The translations under genes were made by a program, and so were the position numbers. 37,149 bases of DNA from a virus (taxonomy: Duplodnaviria; Caudoviricetes): the IMG/VR virus record IMGVR_UViG_3300025673_000107, positions 1 to 37,149 of that record; one strand, 5' to 3'. Of this stretch, positions 10,392 through 18,037 are shown piece by piece (position 1 is the first letter of the stretch; the number at the start of each line of letters is the position of its first letter). The notes beneath the pieces were generated by a model, which saw only the letters and a program-made list of their open reading frames with translations, searched no databases and was not told the origin of the DNA.

Positions 10392-11335
10392 GATACTAAT
10401 GCCTTCAGCGATTCCCCATTATAAAATCTTCTTATAGTTTCAGATAATAAATCTTCGATACTAATAACTTCAATTTTATCTGGGAGATCTTTTACTTGCT
10501 CAATGGAATCAGATATATATACCTTCCCTATATTGGAATCCTTAATTCGCTGTATTGCCTTTCCCGAAAATACACCATGAATAGATATAGCATCAACAGA
10601 TTTAGATCCAGATTTTTCTAATGCCTCTACAGCACCGACCAGTGTACCCCCTCCGTCAATCATATCATCTACTATAACACATTTTTTGTCGGTAACATTC
10701 CCTATAACATTCATGACTTTTGATATACCAGGCTCTGGTCTTCTCTTATCAATAATAGCTATAGGAAGATCTAATAAATTGGAAAAATATCGAGCCCTAG
10801 AAGTACCACCCACATCCGATGAAACTACAACATCCCAGGTAGAAGGAGCAATGGCATCAACAATAGAATCCCTCATAGTTTTCAGAGCAGATATATGTTC
10901 ACATACCACATTGTTGTTAAAGAATCCCTGTGTCTGAAGTGAATGAAGATCCATGCAAATGACAGAATTTATACCAGTATGACAAAGCATATTAGCAATC
11001 ACTTTACCTGATATGGGACTTCGATTAGTTCTTCTATCCTGACGAGCGTAAGGATAATAAGGGAATATGACATTTATTTTGGAGGGGTTTGATCGACGAA
11101 CGGCATCAATAATTAACATAAGTTCAAGTATGTCATTATTCTTATTTGAGTCTGTAGAAAACCCAGCGATAAGGAAAATTTCTTCCCTTCGTATATTTTC
11201 TTTTATTTCAACGTATATTTCGGAATCAGGAAAATCCCGAATATGCATTTTAGCTAATCTTGCATTAAGTTTCTTTGCTACCTTTTCTGCTAGGATTCTA
11301 TTAGATCTGGTAGAAATCAATTTAAAGTTTTGCAT
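10388..11335 (-). CDS. prs: Ribose-phosphate pyrophosphokinase (PRPP synthase)
   Basis: PYYPYARQDR, MDLHSLQTQGFF, SSDVGG, IDKRR, PRPP-binding loop IVDDMIDGGGTL, HGVFSG. ATG 11335 is preferred to TTG 11362, which lies at the predicted transcription start. Confidence 0.95.
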   Translation of the reverse strand: MQNFKLISTRSNRILAEKVAKKLNARLAKMHIRDFPDSEIYVEIKENIRREEIFLIAGFSTDSNKNNDILELMLIIDAVRRSNPSKINVIFPYYPYARQDRRTNRSPISGKVIANMLCHTGINSVICMDLHSLQTQGFFNNNVVCEHISALKTMRDSIVDAIAPSTWDVVVSSDVGGTSRARYFSNLLDLPIAIIDKRRPEPGISKVMNVIGNVTDKKCVIVDDMIDGGGTLVGAVEALEKSGSKSVDAISIHGVFSGKAIQRIKDSNIGKVYISDSIEQVKDLPDKIEVISIEDLLSETIRRFYNGESLKALVS

Positions 11336-11369
11336 ATAGTCACATACCCTTGTCAGATTCAATAATTAC

Positions 11370-11400
11370 ATTATACTACATTTCCCCCAATATTGTAAAC
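11370..11400 (-). promoter_or_regulatory. T4-like early promoter upstream of prs-mcl
   Basis: Minus strand GTTTAC-aatattgggggaaatgtag-TATAAT immediately after the lipase stop codon. Confidence 0.7.
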
Positions 11401-12182
11401 TATTCTTGGGAATTAAATTTCTTACAGAGTTTGTGATATTTAACAGACGAGTGATCCCAGAATGAATCAATCTCGAAGTTTTTAAGTCCTACCAGCATAC
11501 CAATGAGATATTGTTTAAACATGTACCATCTACTGAAACCGTGTACATGATTGCCCTTTCTATCAAAATAATTTAGATGACCAATATGAGTATACCCAAT
11601 GAATTCGGGTGGCTGCCGAGTTACGATATCGTTGTTATTTCTAAATCTGTAGAATTTTGGACGAAACGCTTCACGAAATTCCGAATTACCTACTCTCGGT
11701 GATCCGTATGTATATCCAATTACATTTTCGTCACCGAGTCTTCCAGCTGCAATGGTTGCTAGGGCAGCACCAAGGGAATGACCAGTGAGAAATATATTTT
11801 TATTCTTTTCTAATTTACGATGAAACATACCTTCCATGGAAGAATAGCTTTCAAAATGATCAAGAAAATCATCCCAAATTAAATCAAGACCATCTTTAAA
11901 TCCTCGGTGAACTCTACCAGAAGATTCATCGGAGGCTTCTGTTTTACGAAATCTGATATCAGTTTTAATATCAGATAATTTTTTTGGTTCGGTGCCTCGA
12001 AATGCATAGATTAAATCGTTATCATCCCATAGGGCATAACATTGTGTAGATCCAGAATTAAAAAACTTAATGTCGAAATTATCAGAATATATATCAGAAA
12101 ATTCAGAAACTCCAAGATAAGCATTCATTGACAATTCGGAAAAGAATTCTGCATTCGATTTAGAAAACCCTGAATCTAGCAT
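11400..12182 (-). CDS. Class 3 lipase (alpha/beta hydrolase)
   Basis: AFRGTE, VHRGF, nucleophile motif LTGHSLGAALA, YTYGSPRVGN, NNNDIV, C-terminal DHS. Confidence 0.9.
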   Translation of the reverse strand: MLDSGFSKSNAEFFSELSMNAYLGVSEFSDIYSDNFDIKFFNSGSTQCYALWDDNDLIYAFRGTEPKKLSDIKTDIRFRKTEASDESSGRVHRGFKDGLDLIWDDFLDHFESYSSMEGMFHRKLEKNKNIFLTGHSLGAALATIAAGRLGDENVIGYTYGSPRVGNSEFREAFRPKFYRFRNNNDIVTRQPPEFIGYTHIGHLNYFDRKGNHVHGFSRWYMFKQYLIGMLVGLKNFEIDSFWDHSSVKYHKLCKKFNSQE

Positions 12183-12183
12183 A

Positions 12184-12375
12184 TTATTCCCCGCAGGTTA
12201 CTTTAATAGAATGCGGTGCAAGAGATTCATTTAGTCCTCTTCTAAGTGCATTTCTACCAGCTTCAGGAACAGAACAATATTTGTTCACAGCATGAGATGC
12301 GGTCAACTTAATTGTATCTATTGTAGAACATCCCGATATAAACATAATCGAACATATTATTATTACTTTTTTCAT
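12184..12375 (-). CDS. Small lipoprotein
   Basis: MKKVIIICSIMFISG|C signal peptide with lipobox; GGAG RBS; two further Cys residues. Confidence 0.75.
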   Translation of the reverse strand: MKKVIIICSIMFISGCSTIDTIKLTASHAVNKYCSVPEAGRNALRRGLNESLAPHSIKVTCGE

Positions 12376-12397
12376 AATTTACTCCAGTTGATAGTAA

Positions 12398-12419
12398 ATT
12401 GGGGTTTTCACACCCCAAT
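12398..12419 (-). terminator. Intergenic stem-loop, possible terminator or processing hairpin
   Basis: Minus strand ATTGGGGT-GTGAAA-ACCCCAAT (8-bp stem) followed by only a short T run. Confidence 0.5.
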
Positions 12420-12435
12420 CAAGAGATATAGTTTC

Positions 12436-12762
12436 CTATTTAAAATTATATCTATACTCTACAGCTACATTTTCAATATGTTGATCAGTGCCTTGAAATA
12501 CGTCCCAAGGACCAGACATATTGAAACGGTTATACATTACTCCAACCTCATGAACTTTTGCAGTGCCAATATAGGCATTGGTAAATAGTCTTAGGGAATT
12601 GGAATTTTGAGAACCAGACCAAAAATCATTCATTGCATCCGCATCTTGTGTCCACCGAAACCCAGCATCCTTCATCTGAATGTCGAAAGCATCACCAGAC
12701 ATTACTGCGCTGGATGTAGTTAAAGCAAACATTGCTAAAATCAAAACTAATATATTTTTCAT
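12436..12762 (-). CDS. Exported protein with beta-strand pattern and aromatic C-terminus (possible small outer-membrane protein)
   Basis: Signal peptide MKNILVLILAMFALTTSSA; alternating strands LRLFTNAYIG, EVGVMYNRF, VAVEYRYNFK. Confidence 0.65.
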   Translation of the reverse strand: MKNILVLILAMFALTTSSAVMSGDAFDIQMKDAGFRWTQDADAMNDFWSGSQNSNSLRLFTNAYIGTAKVHEVGVMYNRFNMSGPWDVFQGTDQHIENVAVEYRYNFK

Positions 12763-12789
12763 TTTCTACCTTTATTATTAAACAACAAA

Positions 12790-13016
12790 ATTGATCCGTT
12801 CTGTTGCCAAGTGGATCAGACTCCGCGTTTTAACCTAGAGGCTAAGCAGCAAGTGCAAAATTATCTTCTGCGTTTATATTTTCGATTTTTACATCTTTCT
12901 TGATGGACAGTCAATATATCGTTAACACATTGTCGAAACTGTTCTCTCCCATTGGTGGAAGAGGCGGGAATCGCACCCGCGTCCAACATATCTCAAATAT
13001 ACATCATACTGTCATA
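12790..13016 (-). ncRNA. ssrA: Circularly permuted (two-piece) tmRNA; tag peptide (A)AEDNFALAA
   Basis: Minus strand: acceptor piece GACAGT...GGAC-GCGGG-TGCGATT-CCCGC-CTCTTCC-ACCA (ends 12953), then AT, then 5' end GGGAGAG-AACAGTTTCGAC (G1 = 12950). The 7-bp acceptor stem has G3.U70. ACTGTC/GACAGT pairs the two pieces. Resume context ATAAAC-GCA; tag ORF 12871-12842 ends LAA-TAG. A 3' hairpin TGATCC-ACTTGGCAACAGAAC-GGATCA follows. Confidence 0.93.
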
Positions 13017-13022
13017 TTCTCT

Positions 13023-13052
13023 ATTATATATAAAAATTTCTCAATTGTAAAC
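13023..13052 (-). promoter_or_regulatory. T4-like early promoter for the tmRNA
   Basis: Minus strand GTTTAC-aattgagaaatttttata-TATAAT. It predicts a start near 13016, just before the GACAGT that opens the acceptor piece. Confidence 0.75.
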
Positions 13053-13217
13053 TTTATCCCATTTATTTATAGGACATGTAGATGATTTTAATCTGATTTT
13101 ACCTTCTATGATACACCCGCATTTAGAACACAGATCAACTCCAACGTTCTTTTTAAACTCACAGATCGAACACATCTCTCTTCTCAATGAGACAAATTCC
13201 GATTTTTCTGTATTCAT
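13041..13217 (-). CDS. Small Cys-rich protein (DUF6171-like, 58 aa)
   Basis: Hand translation MNTEKSEFVSLRREMCSICEFKKNVGVDLCSKCGCIIEGKIRLKSSTCPINKWDKVYN*; R..CxxC...CxxCGC...K...CPxxKW pattern; ATGA overlap with the upstream gene. Confidence 0.8.
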   Translation of the reverse strand: MNTEKSEFVSLRREMCSICEFKKNVGVDLCSKCGCIIEGKIRLKSSTCPINKWDKVYN

Positions 13218-13735
13218 GATGATGAATTTGATGCTTGTCGTTCCTTCTCTGCTATTTCTGCCGCTTCCGCTGCTTTTTCTAGATTTTCCGGATCAATATT
13301 CTCTGTAGAATGTTCTGCATTACCAATCGATTGTTCTGGTTCTTCCTGAATGTTTGGTGGCTCTTCTCTTCTAGGGGGTTTTTGTTCCGGTGGAAAAGAC
13401 CGATTGAGTTTAAGTCCGGTTTTTTGTGGCGAAGATCCCTGTATAGGGATATCTAGATATGACCATGCAGCGTTAACACACCCTACTCCGGAAAATGTCG
13501 CCTCGACCTTTAAATCCTTTATATCTATTATTTTAATTTCCGGGGTCGTCATCGGTCTAAATAGTTCAACCCACATAGAATGCTCCACATCGAGAATATT
13601 TACTATAATGAATCTATTTTCTTCTTTTGGGAACGCCCGAAGTTTTTTAAATTTGGCTAAATTCCGAAGTTCTTTTTCACATGGGTCACATTTGTGGGAT
13701 GTGAATAGTATTATGTATCGTTCAATCATTGTCAT
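13214..13735 (-). CDS. Thioredoxin-like fold protein with CxxC and a disordered Pro/Glu-rich tail
   Basis: IILFTSHKCDPC followed by a helix, IIVNI strand, cis-Pro-like TTPEIKII, ATFSG. Confidence 0.65.
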   Translation of the reverse strand: MTMIERYIILFTSHKCDPCEKELRNLAKFKKLRAFPKEENRFIIVNILDVEHSMWVELFRPMTTPEIKIIDIKDLKVEATFSGVGCVNAAWSYLDIPIQGSSPQKTGLKLNRSFPPEQKPPRREEPPNIQEEPEQSIGNAEHSTENIDPENLEKAAEAAEIAEKERQASNSSS

Positions 13736-13751
13736 TTCACCTTATTTTGAG

Positions 13752-16700
13752 TTAAGCATTGGCGCAGTCAGAATTATTAGAATAATAAGCCGATATAGCT
13801 GATATAGAAACCGTATTAGTCTTAACGTATTTATTACCATCGGTACCTCTTGCAAAGGAATTGAGATCCACATTACTGAGATGTAACGGTAATAAGTCTG
13901 CGTAAAGATTTGTCACATAACTAGTATTAAGCCTATTGGTAAATAAATCGGTAGCTTCTGGAACTAGATTTGGGAAATTATAAGTAGGTATAGATCTTAA
14001 TGTTGCCATTCCCGGATCTGAAGCATTAAGATGTGTAAGTGTATTAATTGTGATATTAGTTTCTTTAGCGCTTAGAGTACTAGAAGGTGTAGTACAGATC
14101 TGATTAGTGGTACCACTCATGAAGGCAATGTATATATTTTTCACCGCAATAATACCTGTACTAACTTCTCCTACTTTGCAAGCTAAATTATAAGAGGAGT
14201 GTGTATTACCAGCTTGATAGTCATATACCGAAAGCGAACAATTTGAATTGTTAAAGTGATCGGTAATTGGTGTCTGCAAATACTTTAAAGAATAATTATT
14301 TGCTATGCCATACACTCTTAATGCTTGCTGAGAAGTATCAACCCAATCTTTATATATACTTGGAGTTGATGAAGATGGTAATTGCATACTAGAAATGGTC
14401 TCTGTCGTAAGACATGGCGGCGCGCCTGTGGTTAAGAAACCCTCTTGTATATAACCATTATGCGACCATAGCTCAATAGGATCTAAACCAAAGGAACTAT
14501 CGATGCAAGAAGCAGCAGTACAGTGTTCGGTACCAAGCGAAATACCGTTAAGACCATAAGCACGATCTATACCAGAGACACACGCCCAAGGCGCGCCACC
14601 CTGCCTACAAGATGAAACACTCGCAGAACATAAAGGGGTGGTTAGGCTAGTAGGGCAGGGTACAGTACATGATGTACAATTGGAACCCGCTAAATTACAA
14701 TAATTCTGTACGTACAAAGCCCCATTTCCGTCAACGGCATTCCAATCATAGCAATAATTAAATGCCGTTCCTATCGCAGTTACACCTGTAGTGGTAGGGT
14801 TAACATAATTTTTTACTGTATTATTTGTATATCCAGTAGGACCGAAGCCACACCAATCTCTATTACTTCCATATGATAGGTCGTATGGGGTCGAACTGAA
14901 CCCTATAGAAGTTGGATTGGACCCAGCCATAAAACCACAAATATCAATATCAGTTCCTGTATTATACTGACGATATCCATAGTTAAACCAGACATTGAAT
15001 TTATATCCATTTGCATCCCAATAACCCCATTCTATTTGGGTATAGGATATATCATATGCATATTTACATGCATAAAAAGATATTAAATAATCCGATTGAA
15101 TCATAGAACCAGTAGCGAAATCTTCAATATCAATTCTTATCTTATTCGTATTCCCAATATCCCCTGTAGTCCAGTCATAAACAAATGTTTTAGTCCAAGT
15201 TGGAGAATTGAGGTAACTATATAGTGACTCCTGTATAGGTGCAGAAATAGCAGTACCATTCTGTAATAAAGAAAATTTAAATTTCGGTAGAGTACCGCAG
15301 GGGTTTGATATATTATGATTAAAATTTATTGACATATCAACATTCTCGAATATCGATGTGCCATTAAGTGGGGGAAGAGGGAAAACCAAAGGATCCATTG
15401 TGATAGATGTAGCCTCGAGTGAGGTGAATACAGGATTAACATAAGCGCTATCAGAAGGATCAGCAAACTCTTTTAATTTTTTAGAATTAGCTAACGTAAG
15501 AGTATCTGTATTTTTATTAACGGATGGTAAACTTGCTGAGCCGAGAGTGTAATCAGAAAATTTAATTACACTCGGGGATGTATCCCAATTACCGAGATGC
15601 GCATCGAGACCCGATAATGAAATTCCTGGAGCAGCCGGCGGAGTACCACCTCCACCGATATTAACAGTTAATGTAGAAATTGCTGATACTGGGAGAATAT
15701 TATAATCGGAGTGCGTTTGCGGATTACTTGCCCAATTATCGGGCACAGTACCAATCATATATGTGAAAACTTCTGTCCCCGAAAAAGTTGTATCTGTTCC
15801 TGTATAAGTATACGCAAACATCCCGCTCTGATACACTTGTAATGTTCCATAAGATCCATTAATTGTGGTGGGATTGCTGGCCGAAACAGCAATGGCCGTT
15901 GCGTAATCATCCATGTGGATATGAGCGTCCTCATCTGATAATGCCGCCGAAAGAATGCCATTGTATACCGATACCACTAATATTGGATCTGTAATTCCTG
16001 CCTGACTGTCATTGTTATCAAGCGAACCGCTTACGTTTAACGATGAGGATAAATTTAAGGATACTGTGTCTGGAACAGCTGTTATGGTAGGCTCTGTCCA
16101 TGACGGATTGGCCCCGAAAATATATTGCGCACCAGCAATATCACCCCATCCTAATTTCTTTGTAACCCCAGATGGAAGGGTGTTTTGTTGGGGAATTGGC
16201 CGACCCCAGATATATGTATACATAATCTGATCTATAAATCCATCTCCAGACCCAGTGTCAACATGACCCAATCCAATGGAGTGCCCAATTTCATGTGCTA
16301 CTACTGTTCTAAAATCTACAATAGAAGAGCTTAGTATATTATTATCCTGAAGAGCTCCATTATATCCGGAGAATGTCGGTGTTCCATAATCTGAGAATGT
16401 CGGTGTTGATAATCCCAATTTTTGCGAATACCACCTGAAGTGATTATGTACATGTACATCACCATGGTAGTTATACGATGGACTGCCAGCACCCCCAAAC
16501 GCGTGTTGGGTAGTACCTGAACCCGCCGAACTCGGTTCACCACACCATAAAACAATGTCAGCTTGATTGGTATGGTTGAATGGTATGTAATTAAAGGTGA
16601 TATTAGCAACCTCAGACCATAGTGCAAAAGCTGCTGCTATATCATCTTGGATTAGTCCCATTATCTGACTTTCTGAATAATTGTGCCCAGCGTAACCTTC

Positions 16701-16943
16701 CGGGGATGTTCCAGTTTTTGGCCACATAGATGACCAATCCCTTGTATTAGCCCAAGGAACACTGCCTACTATCGAATAAAAATAAGAATATATGTCCTCT
16801 AGATTCTTATTAGGATCATCCAAGACATGGGATCTGAATCCGGAATAACCCCCCGGTCCCATTGTCCACGTAACAGGAGAACTCCAAGGAAAAGCAGCAG
16901 TAGATAGTAAGTGGTACGGTGCGTCATATTTAGAATGTGACAT
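13752..16943 (-). CDS. Large putative virion protein: N-terminal matrixin (M10) metalloprotease, VCBS/Ig-like segment, Cys-rich C-terminal region
   Basis: W...VTW, AFALWSEVANITF, ADIVL, HAF, GDVH, VVAHEIGHSIGLGH, Met-turn IMY, GDIAGAQYIFG; GSYGTLQVYQSGMFAYTY...EVFTY; many Cys after about aa 540. Confidence 0.8.
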   Translation of the reverse strand: MSHSKYDAPYHLLSTAAFPWSSPVTWTMGPGGYSGFRSHVLDDPNKNLEDIYSYFYSIVGSVPWANTRDWSSMWPKTGTSPEGYAGHNYSESQIMGLIQDDIAAAFALWSEVANITFNYIPFNHTNQADIVLWCGEPSSAGSGTTQHAFGGAGSPSYNYHGDVHVHNHFRWYSQKLGLSTPTFSDYGTPTFSGYNGALQDNNILSSSIVDFRTVVAHEIGHSIGLGHVDTGSGDGFIDQIMYTYIWGRPIPQQNTLPSGVTKKLGWGDIAGAQYIFGANPSWTEPTITAVPDTVSLNLSSSLNVSGSLDNNDSQAGITDPILVVSVYNGILSAALSDEDAHIHMDDYATAIAVSASNPTTINGSYGTLQVYQSGMFAYTYTGTDTTFSGTEVFTYMIGTVPDNWASNPQTHSDYNILPVSAISTLTVNIGGGGTPPAAPGISLSGLDAHLGNWDTSPSVIKFSDYTLGSASLPSVNKNTDTLTLANSKKLKEFADPSDSAYVNPVFTSLEATSITMDPLVFPLPPLNGTSIFENVDMSINFNHNISNPCGTLPKFKFSLLQNGTAISAPIQESLYSYLNSPTWTKTFVYDWTTGDIGNTNKIRIDIEDFATGSMIQSDYLISFYACKYAYDISYTQIEWGYWDANGYKFNVWFNYGYRQYNTGTDIDICGFMAGSNPTSIGFSSTPYDLSYGSNRDWCGFGPTGYTNNTVKNYVNPTTTGVTAIGTAFNYCYDWNAVDGNGALYVQNYCNLAGSNCTSCTVPCPTSLTTPLCSASVSSCRQGGAPWACVSGIDRAYGLNGISLGTEHCTAASCIDSSFGLDPIELWSHNGYIQEGFLTTGAPPCLTTETISSMQLPSSSTPSIYKDWVDTSQQALRVYGIANNYSLKYLQTPITDHFNNSNCSLSVYDYQAGNTHSSYNLACKVGEVSTGIIAVKNIYIAFMSGTTNQICTTPSSTLSAKETNITINTLTHLNASDPGMATLRSIPTYNFPNLVPEATDLFTNRLNTSYVTNLYADLLPLHLSNVDLNSFARGTDGNKYVKTNTVSISAISAYYSNNSDCANA

Positions 16944-18037
16944 TATCTATTCTCGAGGACTTCGATTCTTTTCAATAATTCCTGATTCTGTTTCCATAGC
17001 AGTGCTGTGATTTTGGAATATTTTAATGCTAGGTAACCATCATCTCCAGAGGAAACTAATTCTGGTACACGCTCTTCAAAATCCTGTGCAATAAACCCTA
17101 TATCACCATCATTAAATGTTACTGGATTAATCTCAGAAAGAAGATGAAGTACCCCCATTTCAAGATTCTTTATATTCGACTTCAACCTACGGTCAGAAGC
17201 TATTATAAAATCATTAGCTGTTAGTGTTCCTGTAATAGTAGAACTTGTATCGCTTGGTACAAAATTTCCGGTTGCAGTTACAGCCGCCCAAGTTGCTACT
17301 CCGTTAGAGGAATATTTTAGATATTGATTAGGCGAACCACCCGAAGGGATATGTTTATTACCAGAAGTTGTAGGATGAATATAAAAATTAGCATTGGTTG
17401 CTCCTGTGTAACCAAGATTCGCCAGCGTTAGAGTTCTAGTTACAACCGAACCATTAGCATCGGTTACATGGCCCAATGTATCGGTTGTAACATTGATATC
17501 TATATCACTGACTACGGTAGCACCAGTTAAAGCACCAGTATCTACACTGAAGTCATCACCAGAATGATTAGGATGAATATAATTATTAGCAGTAGTACTT
17601 ATTACATTACTGCCATTAATAGATATTAACCCTGTTCCTGAATATGTTGTACCAGTACTGACCTTAATATAACCCATTGCTGCTATGTCAGCATCAGATA
17701 ATTGGGTATCAGTGTCGGTGGAACTTAATACCCCATTCGATATAGTTAAATTAGTACCTACCTTAATTCCACCTAGGACCGATGATGATGCTGTAGGGAG
17801 AATATATGTTGATGCTGGGGTTGTCCAAGATAATGATCCGGCAGTTGTCCCTGCGGTTAATACTTTACCGTTATTGCTTGTAGAAGTTGCGGGTACGTGA
17901 AGATTACCGTCACCGGCAGGATGAACATATCCAGAGCTATTTTGGATTGCTTCAGCGAAATATCTAAAGTTGTCATCCAACTCCTCATACGTTAAAGCAC
18001 TTTCTTTATCTGATCGGTAAGTTAGATTATATGGCAT
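16943..18037 (-). CDS. Tail fibre with C-terminal peptidase S74 intramolecular chaperone
   Basis: N-terminal anchor-like YRSDKESALTYEELDDNF, YVHP/YIHP repeats, LPTASSSVLGGIKVG, SDRRLKSNI...GFIAQD...KY...coiled coil. Confidence 0.85.
   Translation of the reverse strand: MPYNLTYRSDKESALTYEELDDNFRYFAEAIQNSSGYVHPAGDGNLHVPATSTSNNGKVLTAGTTAGSLSWTTPASTYILPTASSSVLGGIKVGTNLTISNGVLSSTDTDTQLSDADIAAMGYIKVSTGTTYSGTGLISINGSNVISTTANNYIHPNHSGDDFSVDTGALTGATVVSDIDINVTTDTLGHVTDANGSVVTRTLTLANLGYTGATNANFYIHPTTSGNKHIPSGGSPNQYLKYSSNGVATWAAVTATGNFVPSDTSSTITGTLTANDFIIASDRRLKSNIKNLEMGVLHLLSEINPVTFNDGDIGFIAQDFEERVPELVSSGDDGYLALKYSKITALLWKQNQELLKRIEVLENR

Noticed and set aside
1-12182. Host chromosome flank or chimeric assembly explaining the metabolic genes
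   Set aside because: The genes are interleaved with an endolysin, CobT-like and DUF3310-like phage genes, share strand and AT-rich composition, and have phage-type promoters. Read mapping would still be the definitive check.
12944-12984. tRNA-Ala-like element
   Set aside because: No anticodon arm, and the ends are permuted. It is the tRNA-like domain of the tmRNA.
12900-13085. 61-aa plus-strand ORF
   Set aside because: Antisense to the tmRNA and its promoter.
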